NCBI RefSeq assembly: GCF_030537745.1
Contig: NZ_JAUNVI010000007.1
Span: forward strand, 10,267-74,266
Origin: Ornithinimicrobium sp.
Lineage (GTDB): Bacteria > Actinomycetota > Actinomycetes > Actinomycetales > Dermatophilaceae
Length of the DNA: 64,000 nt
Direction: 5' to 3'
The notes under the pieces are model-generated. The model saw only the letters and a program-made list of their open reading frames with translations. It did not search any database and was not told the origin of the DNA. Positions 1 through 10,476 of the stretch are shown in pieces (within the stretch, counting starts at the first letter, position 1; each line of letters opens with the position of its first letter). Position numbers and translations under genes: made by a program.

Positions 1-58
1 CTCCTGGTAGTGGTCCAGGACGCGGCAGGTGATGAGGCCAGGGTAGACCTGTGCCCGG

Positions 59-994
59 TCAGGCTAGTTCGGCCCTCGTGGGTGCTGCTGCCCCGGCACG
101 GCCGACCGTGTAGGCGGCGGTGGCGCAGGCTCGCTGCAGCGCCGGCGCGATGTCTTCCAGGTCGGCTCGCTGCAGACGCTCCCGGGCCTGTGGTGAGCCG
201 AGGAGTTCCGCGTCCAGCAGCCCGGACAGCAGCCCTGCCATAAAGGAGTCACCCGCCCCGACGGTGTCCACGACCGACACCGTGGTCGGCTCCAGCTCGA
301 TGGTTACCGCTGCTCTGCTCAGGTGCACCACCGCGCCTTTTTCACCGCGGGTCACGATGACGAGCTCGGGACCGAGCCGCCCCCAGAGGTAGACGACGTC
401 TGCCACCCCGGCATCGCCATACAGCCACTCCACGTCCTCCAGGCTGGCCTTGACCACGTCGCTGCGGCCGATGCAGTCCTCGATCCGCCCACGGCTGTCC
501 TCTGGTCGGCCCATGATCGTGGGCCGGCAGTTGGGATCGTAGGAGACGGTCGCGCAAGCGCGCGCCTGGGCCATCAGATCGACGATGACGCTGCCTCCGG
601 GCTCCAGGGTGGCGGCGATCGAGCCCGTGTGGAGATGGCCGATCCCGCGCAGGTCTTGCGGCCCGACCTCCCAGGCCAGGTCGAAGTCGTAGGTGGCGAT
701 GCCGTCGGCATCCAGGTGCGCTGTCGCCGTCGAGGTGCTCGGGGCCTGGGTGGACCCGGGCGTCAGCACGACGTCGGCATCGAGCAGGTGCTCTCGCACC
801 CGCACCCCGAGCTCGTCCTGCGCGAGGTAGGCCGTGAGGCGGCTGTCGTGGTCCAGCGCGGCCAGCCCGATGGCGACATTGGCGGGGGAGCCGCCGACGT
901 GCGAGGTCGGCTCGCCCTCCCCGTGCGGCACGACGATATCGACGAGCACCTCACCGATCGTCAGGACGGAATGCTGCTCGCTGGGGTGCGTCAT
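59..994 (-). CDS. PfkB family carbohydrate kinase (fructokinase-like)
   Basis: N-terminal GEVLVD and GGSPANVA, C-terminal PfkB signature DTVGAGDSF. Start moved to ATG 994 because the longer ORF overlaps glpX. Confidence 0.9.
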   Translation of the reverse strand: MTHPSEQHSVLTIGEVLVDIVVPHGEGEPTSHVGGSPANVAIGLAALDHDSRLTAYLAQDELGVRVREHLLDADVVLTPGSTQAPSTSTATAHLDADGIATYDFDLAWEVGPQDLRGIGHLHTGSIAATLEPGGSVIVDLMAQARACATVSYDPNCRPTIMGRPEDSRGRIEDCIGRSDVVKASLEDVEWLYGDAGVADVVYLWGRLGPELVIVTRGEKGAVVHLSRAAVTIELEPTTVSVVDTVGAGDSFMAGLLSGLLDAELLGSPQARERLQRADLEDIAPALQRACATAAYTVGRAGAAAPTRAELA

Positions 995-1013
995 GCCAAG
1001 GCTCCTGGGCGCC

Positions 1014-2045
1014 TCAGTGCTGGCCTTCGGGGGAGAGCGCGTCAGCGATCTGCGCCACTTTGTCGAGGCGGTGGTGGGAGGTGATCTCACGGATCGTGCC
1101 GGACTTGGAGCGCATGACCAAGGAGTTGGTGACAGCCGTGCCCGAGCCATAGCGCACGCCGCGCAACAGCTCACCGGTGGTGATGCCAGTCGCCACGAAG
1201 AAGCAGTTGTCGCCGGTGACCAAGTCGTCGGTGGACAACACCCGATCCAGGTCGTGCCCCGCATCGATCGCGCGCTGCCGCTCGTCGTCATCCTTGGGCC
1301 ACAGCTTGCCTTGGATCACGCCGCCCATCGCCTTCATGGCACACGCCGTGATGATCCCCTCGGGGGTGCCGCCGATGCCGATGAGCATGTCGACGGAGGA
1401 CTCTTCGCGCGCCGCCGCGATAGCGCCAGCGATATCACCGTCAGTGATGAAACGCAGCCGCGCCCCCGCCGCGCGCACTTCCTCGGTGTAGGCCTGGTGC
1501 CGCGGGCGGTCCAGCATGATGACCGTGAGGTCCTCGATGTAACGCTTCTTGGCGCGCGCGATGCGGCGGAGGTTCTCTTTGATCGGGAGGCGGATGTCCA
1601 CCCGGTCGGCGACGTCCTGACCCACAACCAACTTGTCCATGTAGAACACGGCGGAAGGGTCATACATGGTGCCGCGCTCCGAGACCGCCATCACGGCGAT
1701 GGAGTTGTCCATGCCCTTGGCAGTCGGGGTGGTGCCATCGATGGGGTCAACCGCCACGTCCACCTGCGGACCGGTGCCGTCACCGACCTGCTCGCCGTTG
1801 TAGAGCATCGGCGCTTCGTCCTTCTCGCCTTCGCCGATGACGACGATGCCGTCCATCGACACCTGGGAGATGACCTTGCGCATCGCCTCGACAGCAGCAT
1901 TGTCCGCGAGGTTCTTGTCTCCACGACCGACCCAACGGCCAGCGGCCAACGCAGCAGCCTCGGTGACGCGGACGAGTTCCATCGCCAAGTTGCGATCGGG
2001 GATGACCTGCTCGGTGCTGGGGCGGGTGGGCCTGTCCGTGGCCAT
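1014..2045 (-). CDS. glpX: class II fructose-1,6-bisphosphatase
   Basis: [37 protein letters not shown] and GIGGTPEG motifs; AAGGAG RBS before ATG 2045. Confidence 0.96.
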   Translation of the reverse strand: MATDRPTRPSTEQVIPDRNLAMELVRVTEAAALAAGRWVGRGDKNLADNAAVEAMRKVISQVSMDGIVVIGEGEKDEAPMLYNGEQVGDGTGPQVDVAVDPIDGTTPTAKGMDNSIAVMAVSERGTMYDPSAVFYMDKLVVGQDVADRVDIRLPIKENLRRIARAKKRYIEDLTVIMLDRPRHQAYTEEVRAAGARLRFITDGDIAGAIAAAREESSVDMLIGIGGTPEGIITACAMKAMGGVIQGKLWPKDDDERQRAIDAGHDLDRVLSTDDLVTGDNCFFVATGITTGELLRGVRYGSGTAVTNSLVMRSKSGTIREITSHHRLDKVAQIADALSPEGQH

Positions 2046-2137
2046 GCGGGACTCCTTGGTTCGCAGGTAGAAGCGATTGACGGTCAGCCTAGCGGTCAAC
2101 GGAACAGGGAGGTCGGAAGGGATGCGACGATAGAGCG

Positions 2138-2749
2138 GTGACAAGCGCATCTTCGGACCGCATCCCCCCGCCCTCCGCGCCGGAGCCGGTGGAGGACAAG
2201 AGGAGCAAGCGGCTGGCCTCCTACACGGTGCGCAACATGGTCTTCTCCGTTCTCGCCGTCCTGGCCCTCGTTCTCGCGTGGTGGGCGCTGACCTTCAACC
2301 CGGCGGAATCCCAGCGTCGCCCACCGGAGGTGACGCAATCGGCGACCTATGCCGTGGACGAGGCACCCTGGCCCGTGTGGGTTCCGGAGCCAGGGGAGAG
2401 TTGGACGCCCACTGTCGTCTGGTATGAGCCTTTCGAAGGAGCCCAGACGTGGCACATCTCCTACGTTTCCCCAGACGGTGAGTATGTGGCGCTCCACCAG
2501 GCTGCCGACGTCACGTCCGCATGGAAGGGCGAAGTGCTCAAGGGAGCCGAAGAGGTCGGCACGCTGACCATGAGCGGCCCGGACGGCGCGCAGACCTGGA
2601 CGGAGTGGAAGGGTGCACCGCAGAGCAACGCCGAACGCGGCTACGTCCTGGGTCCGCAGGCTACGGGTGGCACGACCGTCGTGCTGCACGGCACGGCATC
2701 GCAGAGTGAGTTCGAGGAGTTCTTGGCGACGGTGCTCGCCCGCGACTGA
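2138..2749 (+). CDS. DUF4245 family membrane-anchored protein
   Basis: One N-terminal TM helix; usual position divergent from glpX and before xseB in actinobacteria. Confidence 0.75.
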   Translation: MTSASSDRIPPPSAPEPVEDKRSKRLASYTVRNMVFSVLAVLALVLAWWALTFNPAESQRRPPEVTQSATYAVDEAPWPVWVPEPGESWTPTVVWYEPFEGAQTWHISYVSPDGEYVALHQAADVTSAWKGEVLKGAEEVGTLTMSGPDGAQTWTEWKGAPQSNAERGYVLGPQATGGTTVVLHGTASQSEFEEFLATVLARD

Positions 2750-2773
2750 GCGGCACCTCCTGCCCCCGCCCCC

Positions 2774-3148
2774 TCAGTCCTCGATGTCGCTGGAGCCCTT
2801 CTCCTGCCCAGCTGACCCGGCCGAGTCAGCAACGTCGGCGTCCGAGTCTCCATTGAAGTCCCCGTCCACGTCGTTGACCAAATCGCTGGCTGGGTCCTCC
2901 TCACCCACCGCACGCTCGTCTACCTCCGATTTGGCGCTCACCCGGTCCAAGCGTTGCTGCGCGACGTCGAGTTTGTCCTGGCAGTGCCGGGCGAGTTCCT
3001 CGCCTCTCTCCCACAGGAGCATAGATTCCTCGAGCGGCACCTTTCCAGATTCGATCCGCGCCACGACGGACACCAGTTCATCGCGTGCGGCCTCATAGCT
3101 CAGGTCAGTGACCGGAGTCGGCTGGTCGGTGGGGCTGGTCTGGCTCAT
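2774..3148 (-). CDS. xseB: exodeoxyribonuclease VII small subunit with acidic C-terminal tail
   Basis: LSYEAARDELVSVVARIESG...LEES..LWERGEEL motif; downstream of xseA. Confidence 0.93.
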   Translation of the reverse strand: MSQTSPTDQPTPVTDLSYEAARDELVSVVARIESGKVPLEESMLLWERGEELARHCQDKLDVAQQRLDRVSAKSEVDERAVGEEDPASDLVNDVDGDFNGDSDADVADSAGSAGQEKGSSDIED

Positions 3149-3211
3149 CCGGCCAGCCTAACGGCCAGCTCTCTTCGAGCCGGGTCGCCGGCACGGGGAG
3201 CGGCTGAACGC

Positions 3212-4447
3212 TCAGGCGGAGACGGGGCGGACCGCAAAGTCGCCGCGCGCCACGGTGACGCGCAACAGTTCGGTGGTCTCGACGTCCGCACGGTCCCGCA
3301 CGATGGCGCCATCGGCGTGCCGGATCACGGCGTAGCCGCGCTCCAGCGTGTGCGCAGGAGAGACGGCGCGCAGGTGGCGAAGGAGACCGTCAGTCCGATC
3401 CACCTCACGGAGCACGAGGTCAGCGAGCCGGTCCCGCCCTCGGCGGGACAGGTCGTGCACGTCAGCGCGGTGCTGCGCGACGATCCCGGCGCGGTCGGCC
3501 ATGACAGGGCGACTCATCAGCGCCTGGAGGCGCTCCCGCTCCCTACCGATGCGGCGCGTCAGCGCGACCCGTGCGCGCTGGCCAGCCGTGGCCAGCCCAC
3601 GGAGCTCGGCGGCGATCTCCGGCACGATGGCAGCAGCCGCGTGGGTAGGGGTGGAGGCGCGCAGATCTGCGACGAAGTCGATCAACGGGTTGTCGGTTTC
3701 GTGCCCTATCGCTGAGACCACCGGGGTCTGGGTCGCCGCGACCGCTCGCACGAGGGTTTCGTTACTGAACGGCAGCAGATCCTCAAAGGCGCCACCTCCG
3801 CGGGCGATGACGATGACCTCGACGTGCGGGAGGGCATCGAGCTCGCGAAGGGCGCCGGTGACACCCCGGACGGTGTCGGCTCCCTGCACCGCGACCGCCC
3901 TGATCTCAAAGGCTGCGGCTGGCCAACGTCGGCGGACGCCGGCGAGCACGTCGCGCTCGGCCGCAGTGTTGCGACCGACGATGAGGCCGATGCACCGCGG
4001 CAAGAAGGGCAGCGGGCGTTTGCGGGCAGGGTCAAAGAGACCCTCGCTGCGCAGCACAGACTTTAGGTGCTCCAACCGCGCGAGGAGCTCACCGACGCCG
4101 ACGTGGCGCATCTGGCGGGCCTCGAGCTGGAGACTGCCCCGCTTGGTCCAGAAGGTGGGTTTGGCGTGCACGACCACCCGCGCCCCCGGCGCCGGCGGGC
4201 TGGGCATCGCGTCCAGGGCGCCGACCGGGATCGCCACCGACAGCGACATGTCGACGTCGGTGTCGCGCAGCGTCAAGAATGCGGTGGTCAGCCCCGGTCG
4301 GCGGTTGAGCTGGACGATCTGGCCTTCGACCCACAGCGGTGACATCTTGGCGACATAGTCGCTCATCTTCATCGAGAGCGTACGCACGGGCCAGGGCGAG
4401 GACGCCGTGGTGTCCCGAGCGGTGGGCGGCAACGAGGGCATGGTCAC
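3212..4447 (-). CDS. xseA: exodeoxyribonuclease VII large subunit
   Basis: OB-fold N-terminus (LWVEGQI), IARGGG, VVSAIGHETD, ASTPTHAA, TLERGYA. Confidence 0.96.
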   Translation of the reverse strand: MTMPSLPPTARDTTASSPWPVRTLSMKMSDYVAKMSPLWVEGQIVQLNRRPGLTTAFLTLRDTDVDMSLSVAIPVGALDAMPSPPAPGARVVVHAKPTFWTKRGSLQLEARQMRHVGVGELLARLEHLKSVLRSEGLFDPARKRPLPFLPRCIGLIVGRNTAAERDVLAGVRRRWPAAAFEIRAVAVQGADTVRGVTGALRELDALPHVEVIVIARGGGAFEDLLPFSNETLVRAVAATQTPVVSAIGHETDNPLIDFVADLRASTPTHAAAAIVPEIAAELRGLATAGQRARVALTRRIGRERERLQALMSRPVMADRAGIVAQHRADVHDLSRRGRDRLADLVLREVDRTDGLLRHLRAVSPAHTLERGYAVIRHADGAIVRDRADVETTELLRVTVARGDFAVRPVSA

Positions 4448-4465
4448 CGCACTAGCCTAGGCACG

Positions 4466-5227
4466 GTGAACGACAGCCCTGTGCTACCGCGCCTCGTGCT
4501 GGTCCACGGGACGCGGATGAACAGCGCACAGTGGGACCCTTATCGCACCTTGATGCACGATGCCGAGGTGGTGGCGATAGACCTGCCTGGGCACGGCGTC
4601 AGGGTCGGCGAAGAGTTCACCACAGACGGGGCGGTCGCCGCGATCTCGGCTGCGGTGGACGGGCGGGCACCCGACCAGCCGGTTGTCCTCGCCGGACACA
4701 GCCTCGGCGGCTACATGGCGAGCGTGTATGCCGCGCGCCATCCGGACGTCCTCGACGTGCTCGTGCTGATCGGCGCCACCGCAGACCCGGTCGGACCGCT
4801 GACCGCCGTCTACCGGGGGTTCGCCGCGATCCTGCCCCGCGTTGGCCCCGAGCGCATGGCGCGCGTGGCCAATGCCGTCATGCGTGGCCTAGGAGCCAAG
4901 GGCCAGGCGGCTGACGTGCTGCCGGACGGTTCGGCCTATGCGGCTCTTCCGGCCGCCTGGGAGGCGGTGATCGCAGACTGTGGACCCGGCCTGCTGCAGG
5001 GGGTGCGGTGCCCGGTCTTCCTGGTCAACGGTCAGTGGGACCAGATGCGGGTGCACGTGCGTCGGTATGCCGCCCTCACGCCATACCCGAGGGTGGTGAC
5101 CGTCCCGCATGCCACCCATCTGATGCCCAGCACCCACGCGCCCCAGGTCGCGGCGCTCCTGCAGGAGGCAGTCGGCCTCGCTTCCTTCAGGGGCCGTCCA
5201 GCCCCGCGGCCTACGATGGAGGGGTGA
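4466..5227 (+). CDS. alpha/beta fold hydrolase
   Basis: LVHG oxyanion motif, DLPGHG, nucleophile elbow GHSLGG. Confidence 0.85.
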   Translation: MNDSPVLPRLVLVHGTRMNSAQWDPYRTLMHDAEVVAIDLPGHGVRVGEEFTTDGAVAAISAAVDGRAPDQPVVLAGHSLGGYMASVYAARHPDVLDVLVLIGATADPVGPLTAVYRGFAAILPRVGPERMARVANAVMRGLGAKGQAADVLPDGSAYAALPAAWEAVIADCGPGLLQGVRCPVFLVNGQWDQMRVHVRRYAALTPYPRVVTVPHATHLMPSTHAPQVAALLQEAVGLASFRGRPAPRPTMEG

Positions 5228-6288
5228 CCACGACAACTCCTGACCACCGTCCGACCGAGATGAGTGCACCCGCTCCCGGCCAGCCGGGAGCCAAAAGAGT
5301 GCTGTTGGCAGCGCCTCGCGGCTACTGCGCCGGGGTCGACCGCGCTGTCATCACCGTCGAGAAGGCGCTCGAGTTGTACGGCCCGCCGGTCTACGTACGC
5401 AAGGAGATTGTGCACAACAAGCATGTCGTGGTGACCCTGGAGAAGCGTGGCGCGATCTTCGTCGACGAGACTGATGAGGTGCCCGAGGGGGCCCGCGTCA
5501 TCTTCTCCGCGCACGGGGTGAGTCCGGCGGTGCACGAGGAGGCCCGTGTGCTCAACTTGCGGACCATCGATGCGACCTGCCCGCTGGTGACCAAGGTGCA
5601 CCGCGAGGCGGTCCGCTTCGCGGACGACGATTACGACATCCTGCTCGTCGGCCACGAGGGCCATGAAGAGGTCGAGGGCACGACGGGTGAAGCGCCGGAG
5701 CACATCACCCTCGTCGAGAGCCCGGCCGACGTCGAGAAGGTCCAGGTGCGGGACCCGGCGAAGGTCGTGTGGCTCTCGCAGACCACGCTGTCCGTCGATG
5801 AGACCATGGAGACTGTCCGCCGGCTGCGGGAGAAGTTCCCGCTGTTGCAGGACCCGCCCAGCGACGACATCTGCTATGCCACTCAGAACCGCCAGGTAGC
5901 CGTGAAGAAGATGGCCGCCGAGTGCGACCTGATGATCGTGGTCGGATCGCAGAATTCCTCCAACTCCAAGCGCCTGGTCGAAGTCGCACTGGAGTACGGC
6001 ACTCGCGAAGGGCACCTCGTGGATTACGCCGACGAGATCGACGCGGCCTGGCTCGACGGGGTGACCACGGTCGGGGTGACGAGCGGGGCGAGCGTGCCGG
6101 AGGTGCTGGTGCGGGACGTGCTCGACTGGCTCGCCGAGCGCGGTTTTGAGGACGTCCAGGCCGTCACGGCCGCCGAGGAGTCCATCATCTTCTCCTTGCC
6201 CAGCGAGCTCCGACGAGACCTCAAGGCTGCGGGGCACGACACCAAGGTGCGCTACGACCCGGGCTCGGTGCCGGCCGCCCTCCACTGA
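5224..6288 (+). CDS. ispH: 4-hydroxy-3-methylbut-2-enyl diphosphate reductase
   Basis: [46 protein letters not shown]; GTG start overlaps the upstream TGA. Confidence 0.97.
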   Translation: MTTTTPDHRPTEMSAPAPGQPGAKRVLLAAPRGYCAGVDRAVITVEKALELYGPPVYVRKEIVHNKHVVVTLEKRGAIFVDETDEVPEGARVIFSAHGVSPAVHEEARVLNLRTIDATCPLVTKVHREAVRFADDDYDILLVGHEGHEEVEGTTGEAPEHITLVESPADVEKVQVRDPAKVVWLSQTTLSVDETMETVRRLREKFPLLQDPPSDDICYATQNRQVAVKKMAAECDLMIVVGSQNSSNSKRLVEVALEYGTREGHLVDYADEIDAAWLDGVTTVGVTSGASVPEVLVRDVLDWLAERGFEDVQAVTAAEESIIFSLPSELRRDLKAAGHDTKVRYDPGSVPAALH

Positions 6289-6427
6289 GGCGCACCGGAG
6301 CGCCACATGGTCACGATGTGGTCAAGTCACGGTTAGATAACGATCCTGTCTCGCACCTCGATGGACGGCGTCAAACCCAACGCGTGCCCGCGCGTAGCAC
6401 ACGAGCCTGGGTAGGGGTCGCTGCCGC

Positions 6428-6456
6428 TTGATCTCCGTTCGGGGCGTGCCTAAGTT
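6428..6456 (+). promoter_or_regulatory. candidate sigma-A promoter of the amino-acid ABC operon
   Basis: TTGATC-17 nt-TAAGTT upstream of the GGAGG RBS. Confidence 0.4.
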
Positions 6457-6498
6457 CGGCTGGACAGTGAAACCCACATCTCTTTGGGAGGCACGACC

Positions 6499-7329
6499 AT
6501 GCTGACAACGAACCACCGCACCCGCCTCATCGCCGTCATCGCGGCGGCCGGGCTCGCCCTGACTGCGTGCGGCGGCGGCGACGCTGACGCTGATGCCGAC
6601 GGCCTTGGCCTGATCGACGACGACACCCTGGTCGTGGCCATGAGCGGGGAGTTTCAGCCGTTCAGCTACCGCGACGGGAATGACCTGACCGGCTTCGACC
6701 ACGACATCGGCGCTGCCGTTGCCAAGGAGATGGGGCTGGAGTACAAGACCGAGACCGGCGCGTTCGATACTCTGATCGGTGGGCTCAAGGCGCATCGGTA
6801 CGACGTCTTGATCGCCTCGATGACGCCCACCCCGGAGCGATCCGAGCAGGTCGTCTTCACTGACGGCTATTACACCTCAGGCGCGCAGGCCTTCGTGGCG
6901 GAGGGCGTGGAGTGCAGCGCGCCGCAGGACCTGGACTCCCCTTCGATCGGGGTCGCGGCGGGCACGACCTACAACGATTTCCTCGCGGACGAGGACTGGG
7001 TCGGCGAAATTCGCACCTTCTCCTCCGACATCACCGCGTTGCAGGACGTCGCCACCGGCCGGCTGGACCTCGGGATGACCGATCGTCTCGTGGGGCTGCA
7101 CCAGATCAACGAGGCGGGGCTGCCCCTCGTGCAGTGCGGAGACCCGCTCTACACCGAGGAGCCGGCCTTTGCGGTCAACCTCGACCAGGGTGCACTCAAG
7201 GATGAGCTCAACGTCGCGCTGGCCGCGATCAAGGCGGACGGCACTTACGCGGAGATCAGCCAGAAGTACTTCGGCGTCGACATTTCGGGTAAGGCCGACG
7301 CCGACGATGAAGCTGCGACGACGGACTAG
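6499..7329 (+). CDS. polar amino-acid ABC transporter substrate-binding lipoprotein
   Basis: Lipobox LALTAC, family-3 SBP motifs (PFSY, GFDHDI, GLKAHRYD); GGAGG RBS. Confidence 0.9.
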   Translation: MLTTNHRTRLIAVIAAAGLALTACGGGDADADADGLGLIDDDTLVVAMSGEFQPFSYRDGNDLTGFDHDIGAAVAKEMGLEYKTETGAFDTLIGGLKAHRYDVLIASMTPTPERSEQVVFTDGYYTSGAQAFVAEGVECSAPQDLDSPSIGVAAGTTYNDFLADEDWVGEIRTFSSDITALQDVATGRLDLGMTDRLVGLHQINEAGLPLVQCGDPLYTEEPAFAVNLDQGALKDELNVALAAIKADGTYAEISQKYFGVDISGKADADDEAATTD

Positions 7330-7341
7330 GGCAGGTCGGCC

Positions 7342-8010
7342 GTGAGCGACTTCCTGGCCATCTTTACCCAGTACGCACCTTTGTTCCTCGAGGCGTCCTG
7401 GGTGACGCTGCGGCTCAGCGCCGCAGCCATCGTCATGGCGATGTTCCTCGGCTCTCTCATCGCCGCGATGGCGATGGGCCGGGTCCGGGCGCTGCGCTGG
7501 ATCGCCACCGCGTATATCGGTCTGGTCCGCGGGACCCCGCTGATCACCCAGATCTTCATCATCTACTTCGGCCTGGTGGCCATCGTGGCGCTGCCCGCGT
7601 TCTGGGCTGGCGCACTGGCCCTGGCGTTCCACAACTCCGCCTATATCGCCGAGATCATCAGGTCTGGCTTCCAGGCCGTGCCCAGCGGTCTGACCGAGGC
7701 GGCCCGGTCTTTAGGTATGTCACGGACCAAAACCCTCAAGCGGGTGCAGGCGCCGCTGGCCCTGCGCACCACCTTGCCGGTGCTCGGCAACCAATACATC
7801 ATCGCGATCAAGGACTCCTCGCTGGTGTCATTCATCGGAATGACCGAGCTTTTTCAGACCTCCCGCAATGTGGCGTCCTCCACCTATCAGGAATTGACGG
7901 CATACATCATCGTGGCTCTCTACTACCTGGTCATCGTGCTGGCTCTCACCGCAGTGGTGAACTGGCTCGAACACCGTCTTAGCGCGCACCGGAGGCCGGC
8001 GACATCATGA
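7342..8010 (+). CDS. polar amino-acid ABC transporter permease
   Basis: RGTPL motif, SAYIAEIIRSG, EAA loop (EAARSLGMS). Confidence 0.92.
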   Translation: MSDFLAIFTQYAPLFLEASWVTLRLSAAAIVMAMFLGSLIAAMAMGRVRALRWIATAYIGLVRGTPLITQIFIIYFGLVAIVALPAFWAGALALAFHNSAYIAEIIRSGFQAVPSGLTEAARSLGMSRTKTLKRVQAPLALRTTLPVLGNQYIIAIKDSSLVSFIGMTELFQTSRNVASSTYQELTAYIIVALYYLVIVLALTAVVNWLEHRLSAHRRPATS

Positions 8011-8747
8011 GCGAACCCATCGTGGAAATGCGCGACATCGTCAAGCGCTTCGGCAGCACCGTCGTCCTGGACGGCGTCGACCTGGAGGTCGACGAAGGCG
8101 AGGTGGTGACCCTGATCGGTCCCTCGGGTGCAGGCAAGAGCACGCTCTTGCGCTGCGTGAACGGGCTGGAGCGGATCTCGGAAGGCTCGATCAAGGTCGC
8201 GGGCGAGGAGTTGCGGTATGACGAGCGACACCTCAACCGCGTCCGCTCGAGGATCGGGATGGTCTTCCAGGCGTTCAACCTCTTCCCGCACGTCACCGTC
8301 CAGGAAAATGTCTCGATGGCCCAGCGTGAGGTGCTGGGCCGCGGCAAGGCAGAGGCCCGCGAGCGCACCCAGCAGTTGTTGGAGCGGGTCGGGCTGGGCG
8401 CGAAGGCGAGCAGCTATCCCGGGAACCTATCCGGTGGCCAGCAGCAACGGGTGGCGATCGCGCGGGCACTGGCCATGGACCCCGCGGTGATGCTCTTCGA
8501 CGAGCCCACTTCCGCCCTTGACCCTGAACTCGTGGGGGAGGTGCTTCAGGTCATGCGGCAGCTCGCCGACGAGGGAATGACGATGATGGTCGTCACCCAC
8601 GAGATGAAGTTTGCCCGGCAGGCGGCTGACCGGGTCGTTCTCCTCGCCGATGGAGGAATCGCCGAGCAAGGCCCACCCGCGCAGGTCCTGGACGATCCCA
8701 GCACGGATCGAGGACGTGCCTTCATGGGCCTGCTGGCCGAGAGCTGA
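8007..8747 (+). CDS. polar amino-acid ABC transporter ATP-binding protein (GlnQ-like)
   Basis: Walker [35 protein letters not shown]. Confidence 0.94.
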   Translation: MSEPIVEMRDIVKRFGSTVVLDGVDLEVDEGEVVTLIGPSGAGKSTLLRCVNGLERISEGSIKVAGEELRYDERHLNRVRSRIGMVFQAFNLFPHVTVQENVSMAQREVLGRGKAEARERTQQLLERVGLGAKASSYPGNLSGGQQQRVAIARALAMDPAVMLFDEPTSALDPELVGEVLQVMRQLADEGMTMMVVTHEMKFARQAADRVVLLADGGIAEQGPPAQVLDDPSTDRGRAFMGLLAES

Positions 8748-8798
8748 CGCTGGGCGGCAGCATCCGGAGGGCGCGAGGAAGATAATCGTAGGGAGGGC

Positions 8799-8862
8799 TT
8801 GACATCAGCCCGGCTCACCGCCACACTTCTGGCTAGCGGAAGTTCCCTTCCGCATCGTGAAA
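8799..8862 (+). promoter_or_regulatory. promoter with downstream inverted repeat ahead of the purine permease
   Basis: TTGACA (8799)-17 nt-CACACT (8822), then inverted repeat GCGGAAG-ttcc-CTTCCGC (8836-8853). Confidence 0.5.
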
Positions 8863-8890
8863 GATTTACGCAAAGATGCGAAGGAGAACC

Positions 8891-10414
8891 ATGGCAGACG
8901 CACGTGCCGACGTCACGCTTGCCGGGACGCACCCGGTCGACGAGGTCCTACCCCTTACTCAGATGACGGTCTTCGGACTGCAGCACGTCCTGTCGATGTA
9001 TGCGGGCGTGGTCGCCGTCCCGCTCATCGTGGGTGGTGCGCTGGGCCTGGACCTGAAGGACATGACCTATCTGGTCTCGGCTGCACTCTTCCTGGCCGGG
9101 CTCGCCACGCTCCTGCAGAGCATCGGCGTGTGGAAGATCGGTGCCCGCCAGCCGATCGTGCAGGGCACCTCCTTCGTCGCAGTCACCTCGATGATTGCCA
9201 TCGGCCAGGCCGCTGGTGGAGGAGTCGACGGGATGCGCGCCATCTCTGGCGCGATCATCGTGGCTGGCGTGATCTGCTTCTTCCTCGCGCCGGTCTTCAC
9301 CATGCTGCTGCGTTACTTCCCAGAGGTGGTGACGGGCACCGTCATCACGGTGATCGGCCTGGCGCTGCTGCCGGTCGGCATCAACTGGTCCGCTGGAGGC
9401 GTCGGGTCCGATGACTACGGCTCGATGAAGAACATCGGGATGGCTGGCGCCACCCTGCTGATCATCGTGCTCGTCTACCGCTTCCTGCCCGGCTTCTTCT
9501 CCCGGATCGCGATTCTGCTTGGTCTGTTGCTCGGCACGCTGCTGGCGATCCCCTTCGGGATGGTCGACTTCAGCCGACTGACCGGCGCGGGCTTCTTCCA
9601 ACTCACCACGCCGTTCCACTTCGGCCTGCCGACCTTCCAGCTCAGCTCGATCATCGCAATGACCATCGTGATGCTCGTGATCATGACCGAGACGGTTGCC
9701 GACATCCTCGCCATCGGTGAGGTCATCGACAAGCCGGCTGACCGCGACACGGTCACGGGCGGCGTGCGCGCCGACATGCTCTCCAGCGCGGTCGCCGGAG
9801 TCTTCAACGTCTTCCCCATCAGCGCCTTCGCGCAGAATGTCGGCCTGGTGGCCATCACCGGGATCCGCAGCCGCTTCGTGGTCGCCGTCGGCGGTGTCAT
9901 CCTGATCATCCTGGGCCTGGTCCCGGTCTTGGGGGCCGCCGTGGCTGCCGTCCCGCTGTCTGTCCTCGGTGGCGCTGGCATCGCGCTGTTTGGCACCGTC
10001 GCTGCCAGTGGCATCCGGACCTTGGCGAGCGTCGACTACGACGGCAACTCCAACCTGGTCATCGTGGCGGTCTCCATCGCGATGGGCATCATCCCGATCG
10101 CCGTCCCGACCTTCTGGGATGCGTTCCCCGAGTGGTTCGGCACGATCTTCCACTCTGGCATCACCTCCGCGGCGATCGCCGCCGTCGTGCTCAACGCGGT
10201 CTTCAACGTGTGGGGCAACAAGGAGGTTGACCGGGAAGGCCCGATCTTTGCCGAGGCACCGCCGCAGGGCGCGATCAACGTGCGCGATGAGGAGCGCATG
10301 GTGGGGCGTCGCTTCGACAGTGCCGACGGTGGACAGGGACGGGACGTCAACTTCCGCTCACGCCACTCGCACATCGAGCACCCTGACGAGAACGGCGACG
10401 GCCACCAGGGCTGA
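8891..10414 (+). CDS. NCS2 nucleobase:cation symporter, xanthine/uric acid type
   Basis: GLQHVL in TM1; NCS2 signature FAQNVG with Q (xanthine/urate type); AAGGAG RBS. Confidence 0.9.
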   Translation: MADARADVTLAGTHPVDEVLPLTQMTVFGLQHVLSMYAGVVAVPLIVGGALGLDLKDMTYLVSAALFLAGLATLLQSIGVWKIGARQPIVQGTSFVAVTSMIAIGQAAGGGVDGMRAISGAIIVAGVICFFLAPVFTMLLRYFPEVVTGTVITVIGLALLPVGINWSAGGVGSDDYGSMKNIGMAGATLLIIVLVYRFLPGFFSRIAILLGLLLGTLLAIPFGMVDFSRLTGAGFFQLTTPFHFGLPTFQLSSIIAMTIVMLVIMTETVADILAIGEVIDKPADRDTVTGGVRADMLSSAVAGVFNVFPISAFAQNVGLVAITGIRSRFVVAVGGVILIILGLVPVLGAAVAAVPLSVLGGAGIALFGTVAASGIRTLASVDYDGNSNLVIVAVSIAMGIIPIAVPTFWDAFPEWFGTIFHSGITSAAIAAVVLNAVFNVWGNKEVDREGPIFAEAPPQGAINVRDEERMVGRRFDSADGGQGRDVNFRSRHSHIEHPDENGDGHQG

Positions 10415-10476
10415 GGCAGCCCCGCCTACCCTGCTGCTCGCCCCGCACGTGCCGGCTGACCCACCGCCATGGTGGA

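Noticed and set aside
995-1291. N-terminal extension of the PfkB ORF
   Set aside because: An alternative frame inside glpX; PfkB similarity begins after ATG 994.
6290-6498. Possible riboswitch or T-box before the amino-acid ABC operon; inverted repeat CCACAT-N7-ATGTGG at 6303-6321
   Set aside because: No match to an aptamer consensus I know; the likely promoter lies only about 40 nt from the start; a 6-bp repeat is within chance.
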